This document shows positions 38,601-49,212 of a stretch of DNA of 64,000 nucleotides, one piece after another (position 1 is the stretch's first letter; every line of letters begins with the position of its first letter). The stretch covers positions 51,512-115,511 of the forward strand of contig DF237228.1 in assembly GCA_000708835.1 (NCBI GenBank), written 5' to 3'. Made by a program: the position numbers and the translations under genes. Below the pieces are notes generated by a model. The model saw only the letters and a program-made list of their open reading frames with translations. It was not told the DNA's origin and did no database searches. The stretch is from Klebsormidium nitens (taxonomy: Eukaryota; Plantae; Klebsormidiophyceae).

Positions 38601-40324
38601 GTCCGTTCTACAAGGACGTCTCAAAGGACATGCTCGTTACGTCCAAGGGGCAGCGGCCGCTAGGTAAAGGTGCCGCAAATCCAGCGGAAGCAGGTGAGCA
38701 ATACCCACCATAAGTAGCCAGCTCTAAGAACTTCTTGAAAAGAGGACCTTAGACCAGAATGAGGGCCTTTGTTGATGACGTCTTCTTTCTGATTGAAGCA
38801 TATTATACAACAAATACGGTTGAATCCTTTTGTGCAATTGTAGGACCCGACGTAGAGCGACAGAGGCTGCAAAGGTGCATGCGGAGGTGAGAAGAACTTC
38901 AAATCAAAAGAAACACATTTTGTGTTAGGTTCGAAAACGTCCGCAGCACCCCTCAAAAAACAAATGTGCAAGAGAGACATGCTTTCCGTCAGCTTTGTGT
39001 TAAAAGTACGCTTGTTATCCAGGTTTACGCGGCATTCGGATAGCGGTGTGCGCGGAGTCGGAGGATACAGATGAGTTTTCGGAGGCCAACGTGAAGCGGC
39101 TAACCGGAGAGGCGACTATCACGAGTAGAGCGCTCTACTCAGATTACGTCACGTTTGCCACAACCCAGCTGGTAAGTCTTGCCGAGAAACTTCACGATCA
39201 AATCTAGAATTTAAGAAGTTCTCAACTATGCTGTCCAAGCCGTCTGTGACGTCCATGAAGAGCCTTTTGTAGATGGAAATTCGTCTTGATGGACAGCACG
39301 GCTGTTTGGAGACTCCGATGACGTGGGTCTCAACGTCGGCCGAATGCTATATTTCGAGAGCTTCTAACCGCGTGGTCCGAACCGTCCGTGCCGTCCATGA
39401 GGAGCACTTTGTACATGGAGACTCGTCTTGATGGACAGCACAGCTGTCTCGGGGCCTCTCACGGCAAAATCTTGTCTTGCTAGACAACACAGCAGGCTGA
39501 AGCCTCGAGTTAAGAATCGACAGCTGATTTGGTCGAGCGATTTAGAAGGTTTTTCAACAATGCTATCCAAGCCGTCTGTGCCGTCCGTGAAAAGGGTTTG
39601 TAGAGTGCACCTCCTTTTCATGGACAACATTGGCGTCAACAGCTCTTCACCGGTGATTACCGGCGCTGTATCTAAGTTTCAAGGCCGTGAGAACTGATGC
39701 ATGATTCGATCTTGTCTGCAGCACATTCTCTGCTCGAACTACCCTCCCCGAGTGAAGACCTGGACGATAGCGCTCAAGCGACGCCTCCTGACGCTGGTGT
39801 TTCCGATGCGGTTCTTCTATCCCGACGAAGTAGGCTACAATCCCGACAACCCGTTTCATGGAATCCGTGATCTTGAATTGGAAGACGTCCTGAAGGCCGA
39901 GCCCGAGAAGCTGTTGGTGTTCTTGGTGCAAGGCGCCAAGGACTGGTACGCGAGCAGCAAGAGGCTCCTCGACATGCCGGAGAGCAGCAAGGCGTACATG
40001 CAGTCGTGGGAGCAGGAGCACGATCCGTTTGCAGCCTTCCTTCAGCAGGAGGGAAGAATGAACATCAAGGCTTTTGAGTCCACGCGCAGTCTCATGGAGG
40101 CGTACAACAACCCGGACAGTTTGGTCGACGGCGTCAGATTCGGCGATACAGATGCGCCCCAGATTCGGAATGATCGAAAGTTTGCGGAAGCTTGTAAGAA
40201 GAAGGGACTGGAGAGCCCGGATAAGCCGTCAGCGCTGAGATTTGCTAATCCGGGGCACATGGTCCGGGGTTATCGGGGCTTCCAGCTCAACACGCCGACT
40301 AAAGAGAGCATCTTGGAAAGATAG
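35157..40324 (+). pseudogene. Intron-containing Prim-Pol/Zn-finger/D5-SF3 primase-helicase, copy A (N-terminal half disrupted). Exons 35157-35353, 35809-36904, 37601-38022, 38363-38693, 39023-39171, 39722-40324
   Basis: Colinear with copy B and sharing its intron positions. It has a frameshift in the first exon, a 53-nt deletion at ~36005 removing the catalytic VLDFD motif, further indels, and TAA at 36262 where B has TAT. The helicase exons remain open (GEGGAGKS, CSNYPP, LKRRL). Confidence 0.88.
39215..39620 (-). repeat. Same ~100-bp repeat family, reverse orientation, in the last intron of copy A
   Basis: gctgtccaagccgtc.gtg.cgtccatgaag...ttgtagatgg...gatggacagcac is the reverse complement of the 34360 unit; about 3 copies. 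Confidence 0.75.
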
Positions 40325-40958
40325 CAAGTTCTATAAGATCGGTGACATACACGGCCTGGACGACGCTGGATATAAGTCCGTTCAAAGCTTTCTTATGTTT
40401 AACCCCTCTGAGATACCACGCGAACGAAATTCTCTATGGATTAGAGTACGTTCATCGAGACTTAGTTCGAGATATAGGATTGTACAACGCTTGTATCAAG
40501 TGCTTGTATATAGTGTAGATACAAGTCATTTGCTTTCAATGATCTCTATGTAGCCCCGTTTATTGCCTTTAGTAAACATGTAGTGTGCTATTGTGCTGCA
40601 TTCATGATCCGGTTCGTGTCTTGCATCAATCATCCGGCTTTTCCAGACTTGAATCCAGTTGCAGCCTGAGCATCTAAGAAGATTGTCCAAAGTTGAGCGT
40701 AATTGAGCGAATCTAGGACCGTGCAGCCGCCACATGCTCGGCAACAGGTCCAGCACCGATGACGTCAGCGATGAGCGACCGCAAAACGTTGGTGCCAGAC
40801 CTTGAAACACTTGGACAATTTCTGCACACAACCAAGCAACGGCACATGCGACGGAAGTGATTGCTTGCAAGCATGCGTTGATGCACGATCGATACACGGT
40901 CGATATCAATGCATGTAGCCGCGGTTACAAGGTTATGTTCGCAGTGGCTCGAGCGTCT

Positions 40959-42363
40959 CTAGCTTGTATCTTGCGCTACACATCGATTGTACGCCTTGGA
41001 GTTCTTAAACCTGCGCTCAAGATGCTTTTCAATCCATCTCGTTCGGGATTCTTCTAGCTCTCGGTTTGCGCGCTCTAGTCCCGTCTTATATCCTTCAAAC
41101 TCCAGAGGATATTTGCGGTACTCATTGATGAGTGCGCATTTTTCGTTCATCCATGCCCTCCACGGCATGCCGCCAGACTTTTGGGCAATGAAGCCGGGTT
41201 TAAATCGCCTGTCGTACAAAGGGGCAAAGAGCTCCGTAGCGTAGCGAGCCATTCTCTCATCTCGGTTCAAGCCGCCAAACGTGGAGCACGCAAAATGCTC
41301 GACGAATCGTTGGAGGGTCTTTGCTCTCGCATCCTGGTGCAGAAAATGATGATCATGCTGCAGTTAATGCGAGATACGTACATCCTTGACTTAGCAACCA
41401 AAAATATTGGCAGATGTACACAAAGTGATTAATGTGCACGCCGTTGGTGAATAGAACGTCGCTGGCTATTTGCTCGGCCCCCTTGCTGTGCCCAATCGAT
41501 GCTGCAGTCAATGAGAATGGATGTACACGGCTATCATTTTTTTTTAATTGTCTAAATTATTGAGTGATGTATTTCGATACTAGAAATGTACACGAATCTC
41601 TGTCCAATCTGTCCGAAATATTGAGTGGTGTACATCAAATACTAGAAATGTACACGAATCTCTGTCCAATTTGTCTAAAATACTGAGTGATGTACATTAA
41701 TCAACAAATATGTACACGAATCTTTGTTCAAAGAGGAACATTGTTGGTGCCTATGCGGACATTGGCTGACTTGATGCTAGTATCACCCTCTGTTGTTGTG
41801 TATGACTTGTGCTACGTACCTCAACCTTGTCAGGGTGAAAGTGCAGGGACCAAGTCTTGTGGTGTAATACAATCTCGCCGCGATCAAACATCTCTCGGGC
41901 TTGTTACGGAAGAAGATCCGCATCAGCAATGAGCCACGACAGGGGCGGATTCATATACGGTGGTGCCTTCGGCGTTGGTGGAGCGAGGATTGCATCGCGA
42001 CACATGATGCGGTACCTTGCCATATGCCGGGAGTGGAAGACAGCGCTCCCCGTCAAGAGTGCGTCGGTACTTTGCGACTGCGGCGGTGTTGCTCTGTCGC
42101 TTCAGCTGACGAGAGGCTTCCGGCTCCAAACCGTGATATTGGGACGGCGCACGATCGCTCGGAAGCTTGTACGGTTGGCACCCCATTCGCTTCCGATGAC
42201 CTTCCAAGGCTTGCTTCGACATGAATCTCTTGCTGCAGAGCTCGGACCCATTGGCACAGTGCCGCTCGAGGCAAATGAAGAAACCTCCGTCCCGCTTCCA
42301 AAGCTGTAACGAAGCGGCCGCTGCTAACGATTCGGCGTCATGATTTGATGTAACGGTAGACAT
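40959..42363 (-). CDS. Hypothetical 2-exon protein (42363-42016; ~41333-40959) with a zinc-finger-like motif and a bZIP-like basic motif
   Basis: FICLERHC...CSKRFMSKQALEGHRKRMGC, then KRQSNTAAVAKYR (N-x7-R). A GT donor follows YGK and the second exon reads DARAKTLQRF...RWIEKHLERRFK. Confidence 0.45.
41546..41730. repeat. AT-rich 62-bp tandem repeat, ~3 copies, in the intron of the 40959-42363 gene
   Basis: tagaaatgtacacgaatctctgtccaat at 41581 and 41643, with partial copies on either side. Confidence 0.85.
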
Positions 42364-44000
42364 GATGGACCTTTGGATGGTGACGATTATGGAAAGGGCG
42401 CTCGACGGGTCCTAAGTCAAAGAACGAATGCGCCTTTGAACAGAGAGGGTCCTCGAAAATCTCGAAACCAACAAGCCTTGCTTTCAGAATTCCTATTGAG
42501 ATCAACGTGCTTCAGCATAACAATCTTAGCCTAAGCTCGCCTTGAGCCTCTTAATGCAATAGGTATTCTGATCACAATCGAGCAATTTAATATAGGATAT
42601 CGGAGGGGGTGGGAGCCCGTTCACTCGCTAAAGCTAACGGCAGAGGTACTTCCAGAGCCCTCTATTAGTGCTATCGTCAAACTCCACGGCTCGCTGCAGC
42701 CTCTGCCGTGTTGATGCGATGGAACCTTGCCGGCGGTCGCTAGCACTGCCCGGAGCCGAATGGGACGCTCCACACTATTTGTTAATTGAAGTTCCCCCTC
42801 ACCCCAAACCAATCCTGTCCTGTCTATCCTATCGAAGCGTGCTATCAACCACAATATTCTCACGACATTCTAGGTGTGGTAGAGTATCACTCAAGAGCGG
42901 GACATGATGAGGAACTGTTGTCCGCCCAGTCTCTCCTGTCTGATTGTGCTATCAACAACAATCTTACAAACGTATGAACAAGTATGGTAGAATATCGGAT
43001 AGGATAACCTGCTGTCCGCCCCGTCTCTATTGGATTGGCTCTCTTGACGAATCACGAGGTTCAAAGCACTTCTGGTAACCCGGTATGTTCGAGATTGGAT
43101 GAATCACACAAACAGCTTTTCTGTTCGCCCTATCCGGGCCTTTTCCTCAAGTGGTGTTGATCTTGAAATTGTTTGAAATGCTGCTTAATTTTGCTCTTCT
43201 AGCAGCGCAGAACATGTTGGGAGCTTTGCAAGTTCTACAACTTCCTACCATCAGCAGCACTTGAAAAGCTATGGCATTGTGCTGCAATTGGGTGCACGAG
43301 CGACTAGATGCTGAAAAATTGTGCAATTGAAGATGGCGCACCTCTCTGCACGGATTGATTGGACGAGGCTACAAATCGCAGCCATTTCGGCGCTTATTGT
43401 GCTATCCGATGTTGGCAAGATCTATGGACGTGCTGCAGCCTACGGCCACAATTTCATACAATACGCTCAGTTAACGCTGGCAGGGTGGGCGGATTTTGCG
43501 TTCGTCTGGAACCTCATATATCATAACAGAGAACTTAACAACCATCAACCAACGGCAGCCTGGTTGGTGCTCCTCAGGGACTTGCGTGGTTGCGAAATTC
43601 TATCCTTCTCCATACGTCTTGATTGTATGCATACAACGGCTTGTACTTACAATATCATCAGCATTCTGCAGCTCTAAGTGTGCGGAGGATCGCAAAACAT
43701 GTATTGCATTCATTGAATTTGGCTATTTTCTAGAGTATCACAAATGAGATGGACCTACTCGATGTCATACTACTACAACGTCACGAGACTCGCACAACTC
43801 GCAGATTATGTCCCAACTCCGAGCAGGAAGCTTCAAACCAAACAACACAATCCAATGTCAAAATGCACAATATCTTTCATGATTGCAAGGTTTGCACAAC
43901 TCTCGTGTTTTCTACTGCCAACTCTACTTTTCTCTTGCCTAAACACCTTCAATAAAGACCATACACACAGCGATTTAACGATACTGGATGGTGGGTGTTT

Positions 44001-44807
44001 TCAAGTGCGGGTGGTGACAGTGGTCACAGTTACCACCTCAGCCTGTCCCTTAGAGGATCTCGTAGTGGTCGTGGTTGTGGTAGTTACTTGAGGCTGACGG
44101 TATAGGGTCAGCTCGGGTGGCCCCTGCTCATTTGCCATCAGCTCAGTCGCCCCCAGCTCAGTCGCCCCCAGCTCAGTTGCCCCCAGCTCAGCCGCAGCCA
44201 CCAGGAATGCTTCTGCATGGTATGTCACACTGGCATATGCAATTATCAGAGACTTCTTGTCAATGTCGTCCTTCTTGTAGGGCAGACCAACATATAGGAT
44301 GTACAGATCCATCCTTGTGGACTTCCCTGCCCGCGACTTGCCATAGAAGGTTTGTCCAAATGTCTGCCAGGAAGTAGGAGGATAGGCATAGAATCTCTTG
44401 AGCACAGTGACCAGATCGTCAACAAATGAGTCCACTTGTATCATTTGGGCTATGGCCAGGTTGACGTATTTGGCGTAATCCGCTATTCCCTGCACGTCTT
44501 CAGCACAGTAGGCTGAAATTGAGGAGCCGAAGACTGGAGAATTGGCTTCTCTGTATGGTGGAGTCGATCCGTTTTCCATGTAATTGTACCCATGTTGCTG
44601 GTGAAAGTTCCACTGCACAGTCTTCAGGGCTGCTGCAGACAAGCGGTCTATGTCCTTGCTAAGGTCTCCGTCCGAGCGATTATTGACTTCTGCCAATGGG
44701 TATGATTGAGCCAGTTGGTCAAGCAGATCCTTCAGAGATACCAATGCATAAGGTACCACGTATTTGATGATAATCTCCTTCACCTCCCTCACAACAATAT
44801 TACCCAT
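44001..44807 (-). CDS. Hypothetical protein (268-aa ORF, possibly a terminal exon) with an ELGAT x3 repeat and a Thr-rich tail
   Basis: Long open frame with protein-like composition and an acceptor-like ccctcag just upstream. A 15-bp unit cagctcagtcgcccc repeats ~3.5 times at 44139-44191. It contains FYGKSRAGKST. Confidence 0.55.
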   Translation of the reverse strand: MGNIVVREVKEIIIKYVVPYALVSLKDLLDQLAQSYPLAEVNNRSDGDLSKDIDRLSAAALKTVQWNFHQQHGYNYMENGSTPPYREANSPVFGSSISAYCAEDVQGIADYAKYVNLAIAQMIQVDSFVDDLVTVLKRFYAYPPTSWQTFGQTFYGKSRAGKSTRMDLYILYVGLPYKKDDIDKKSLIIAYASVTYHAEAFLVAAAELGATELGATELGATELMANEQGPPELTLYRQPQVTTTTTTTTRSSKGQAEVVTVTTVTTRT

Positions 44808-45670
44808 CTCGTTGGGCCTGAGGGCGTTAAAACATCAAATTCAACGGGTATGCACAGCTCTTGACCTGCATGGAAAATGACCACATCGTTGGCACCTTGG
44901 CACAATGAGGCATCTTTCAAAAACAGGCAGGCAGTTGAGCTCTTCTGCCAGGGAAAGGACTTCAGGACATCTCATACAATGTGCTCTCAGCATCTCTGCC
45001 CTTCAACAAGGGATTCCTTCAGCCCGATTATGAAGACTTGCCAGAGGAGGCTCATGGAACACTCCTGCAGGATGAGCACAGCGTGACTGCCAATGACACA
45101 AATCGACAAGCTATGCAACAAAACGCGATTTTTACATTCAAATGCACTCACCTGAAGCAGCCAGCAGTGGATGACCTGACGTCCAAGAGACAGCAAAGGG
45201 TGTGTGCGAAAGGAGGACTGTGCAATGAGTCCCTTTGCGCGCCCACAGACGGGCCTGGTTGCACTCTTCACGAGGGCCGTTTCGAAGTCCAGAGCATGAT
45301 ACAATCGACGCGCGTTTAGAGTTGAAGCTTGGCTTGGTCAACTGGCACCTCATCAACTTTTATGAACATGTGGTCGGTGACATCTGCACCTCTCTTCACA
45401 CGATTGGTTCAAAAGATTCTCGCGATGAGGTCCGTAAGGCCGGGGTAAAGTTTTGACCAATCAGGAGGCGCCACATCAGCCCGGAAAGATTGCAGGGGTA
45501 GGGGTCGCTAGCAGGTCCCTAACCGCTGTCGAACACCCACACTGGAGCTGTAGCGGGTTCAACCGGGCACTAACTTCACCGGAGGTAAAACCGCGATTTC
45601 GGGCCGAAAGCCTGCAGGTCCACCACAGACCGGCTAGGTGACCATCACAACCATTTCACAAATTCTGTTC

Positions 45671-45855
45671 TTCCGAACGCCGTCCGATCGCGAGCAGCGC
45701 GCGCAAATTTTAGCCTCAATTGTCAACTGCGTGACAAGATGGACACGTCACTGCCAAAGGAAGCTTCCCGGAAGGAACGGGAAAGACACCTCAACGTCCG
45801 ATCGGTTTGAAGGAAGGACACCTCACCGTTGATAAATGTTCCGGCGGTTGACAGT
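45671..45855. promoter_or_regulatory. Conserved intergenic block, copy 3, upstream of the copy B region
   Basis: tccgaacg...gccgtccgatcgcgagcagcgcgcgcaaatt and gaaggaaggacacctcaccgttgataaatgttccggcggttgacag match 33889-33934 and 34024-34070. Confidence 0.6.
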
Positions 45856-46410
45856 GCACGAAGACAAAGTCCGATCAGTACCGGGCCCGAGCTGACTTGG
45901 CATCCTGACCTTGCAGCCTGCCGCCTCAGTCCGCTGACTCAGCAACCTGACTTTTGACTAGCTTATCAGACTGCCTAGACTCTAGAAGCACACGCCAGTT
46001 CAGCGGTTTTAGAAGGTTACAGAAAGCCTGCCCCGGCCACGTAGCAGGCTGCAGTTTGCCTTCGGATGGTCTGGGCTGGCCGGAAATTGTGGTATAAAAG
46101 CTCAGAAACTCCCATTTCCGTCCTTCCAAAGTTGATCCTTTTCCATACTTCTCTTCGATACTTCTGCCAAGCACTCCAAAGCCCAATCCAGTATGGCTTA
46201 GCAAGATCAAAGCGCCTTCAAGCCCATCGAGATATCGCCCGGCGGGGACGAAGTCGTAATGGGGGTGTAAGAAGTACAAGATTCGGGTCTCATCCTCATC
46301 CTCCTCCTTTCATCCTGGCGCCGGATGAACTCACCCAAAGTCAGGATGAAAGGCCTCATCTTCCTCAATGCATTCCTCATTCTGTTCATCTGCAGGGGCG
46401 CCTCTACCCC

Positions 46411-46764
46411 NNNNNNNNNNNNNNNNNNNNNNNNNNNNNNNNNNNNNNNNNNNNNNNNNNNNNNNNNNNNNNNNNNNNNNNNNNNNNNNNNNNNNNNNNN
46501 NNNNNNNNNNNNNNNNNNNNNNNNNNNNNNNNNNNNNNNNNNNNNNNNNNNNNNNNNNNNNNNNNNNNNNNNNNNNNNNNNNNNNNNNNNNNNNNNNNNN
46601 NNNNNNNNNNNNNNNNNNNNNNNNNNNNNNNNNNNNNNNNNNNNNNNNNNNNNNNNNNNNNNNNNNNNNNNNNNNNNNNNNNNNNNNNNNNNNNNNNNNN
46701 NNNNNNNNNNNNNNNNNNNNNNNNNNNNNNNNNNNNNNNNNNNNNNNNNNNNNNNNNNNNNNNN
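46411..46764. other. Assembly gap (N run)
   Basis: Run of N, flanked on the right by G/A-rich low-complexity sequence. Confidence 1.
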
Positions 46765-49212
46765 GAAAAGGGGGTTAAGGGGGTCCCAGGGAAAGAGGAA
46801 AATGAGGCGGAGGAGGGGGATGAATAGGGGGGTATAGGGGGGAAAGGGGAATGAGAAGAATGAGGCGGAGGAAGGGTGGGTATAGGGGGGGGGTGTAGGG
46901 ATATAATGAGGAGGGAAATCGTGAATACCAGTAATCATGTAATTATTACAAGTCCATTACGACTTTCTCCCGGCGGGCTGCTGGTGTCAGCTAATGCCTC
47001 AGTGCAATCACCGCTGGCCGCCCTGCACGCTGTTTTTGATTCCTTGATCATTGCAAGATTCTTGCATGCACATCAGTTTTCAAGGGGTTTCTAGGTACAG
47101 AAAGCGCCCTTCCTGCTTCAATCATTTGTGCAAGCCTAAAGAGCCCTATGGTTGATGCAGCCCGTGCAATCAGATCAGTGAAAGTCGGGTTCAGGGAGGT
47201 TTTTTCGCTACAGCTGCTGCAGCCTCTGCCTCCGGGAGAGGGCCGGGAGATTTGCAGCGCTTGGGAGGGTTCTGCCTTCCACATCCCTCCCAGCTCCTCG
47301 CTTAGAGTCGCTTGATCGCAACAGTCTGTCTGCAACTTCAAAGACACTAGACGATGGCAAGAGGAGAAGAGAACGGGGTGCTCTTCCAGGAATTCTTGAA
47401 CAGAAGGCGCCTCGAAGTTGAACAGCTGAAGTGTCAGAATAAGACCAAAGTGAGTCACAGTGAGCTGCTCAATGGGTCTGGTCATTCTCCACCCCGAAAC
47501 CCTACGACCTTGCCGATTCTGTGGATGCGAATTGCACGTGAGATTGCGAGGCACCTTAACCAATTACAATGGTCTGCGACGCGGAAGACATACTCAATCA
47601 GCTCACGTCATGCAGGCTGATTCTGAAAGTTGGAGTCTCCTTGGGTTCACACTTTTCTCAGATCTGAGAAGACATACAGTACAAAGTGCATCAGTAGATA
47701 ACGCCATGCAGTGGCTGTTCTCTACGTCGGCGAAAGTGCAGTCAGCATGTCTCAAGCGCCAGAGTGGCCCGCTTTACGGAACACTCTTCTTGCATGGATC
47801 AATCAGTCACAGTGGTCTGAGTCAGCTTGTGTCAGCCGCGTCAAGATGAGCAACTGTGAGCCGACTGCATCACACTATCTTGCACCAGGGGTCCGCTCCG
47901 GAAATGGCCATGAATAGATATGAAGCTAACGCCAGCCGTTCTTCGGACGGACATGAAGACGGCGCGTCTCGGGCAAACGCCACCCTCGATAGCTCCTCGA
48001 GCAACGCCAAGAGACTTGACGGAGCAGAAGCACAGTGCACTGTGGACGTTGATGCCAGGGTCGTCGAGGACAACAGGCTTTTGACCCCGGTAACCTGTCT
48101 ATGACACGTTTCCAGCACTTCGCGAGTTCCCCGTTCAAGACCTGATGACAAACCGTCCAGCTCGCGAGCTTGAACGGCTTACAGGTGCATCGAAAAGAAG
48201 GGCTCTTAAAAGCGCTCGCGTATTGTAGTGAAATCTTGCAAGTGAGGAGACGGAATCTTGCCTTTATATCCCCGGCGTTTCGACCCGACCTGAGGTCACC
48301 GTGGACGTCAACATCAACGCATGTTGGGGGAACGTTTGGCTCCCTCGTTCGGTTTTGGCGAAGGGCGCCGTTGTCGTATATTGTCTCTGTCTCTAGACCT
48401 CCGGGCACGCTTGTACCGTGTCCCAAGGATGGGCCAAGGGCAGCCGTAACGCCATCTTTGCAAGAAAAATCTCTGCAAAAGGCTTTACCAAGCAGATGAT
48501 GGCACGTGGCACTGAGGATTCGTGGCCGGATGTCTTCCGAGGGACTCTGGTTCTCGACGCTGTAAAACCCCTCACTGCCTGCTCGTCCCTGGCCAGGAAC
48601 CTCTGCCAAGGTCGGCGAGTCAGAGGCGTGGCGTCAAGCGCAAGGTGGAGGGTGATGGGGAGTCAGAACGGGTAGGGATTCTCGATGCCGGGTTCTTACA
48701 ATCCTGGGAAGCAAGCGTCATCGTCGGACGGTAATTACCAACGTGCCGACGAAGGAAGTTTCGGGTCAGACGGGAAAAGCATCATAACCTGCCCTTCGAC
48801 TCGATTAAAATGTCCCCACACCTCAGGCCGGCAGAGTGGCGCATCTTGGTTGCTGACATGTGGCCTGACGCTCAGACGCATCTCAATGACCAAGTCTCAC
48901 TCGGACAGCACGCTGTCCATCAAGAGGAATGCCGCTTTACAAACATCCCTCGTAGACAAGGTAGCCGGCCTCGACATCATCTTGAGAGTTGTCTAACATC
49001 TCTCGGTTCCCCCTCTGAACGGGAGTGCTGTCCACGTAAACGAACTATGTGTCCGGATGTGATGTCCGGATGTGATGTCCGGATTGCCTTCATGGACAAC
49101 TAAACCGGCTGAAACAGCCTTTTTAACAAGAGGTCACAATGTCCATTCCAACGAACGAGACCAGAACCATCCATCTAGGCTGCCTCCAGAACACTGTTAC
49201 GAACTGATGCAG

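Noticed and set aside
42620-43950. Possible plus-strand multi-exon gene (segments at ~42873-42971, 43321-43677, 43744-43830)
   Set aside because: I could not build a phase-consistent model or recognise any motif.
47354-48700. Candidate extra 5' exons of helicase copy B (47354, 47890, 48600 regions)
   Set aside because: Donor sites are plausible but there is no clear homology to copy A and the joins are unresolved, so they were left out of the gene model.
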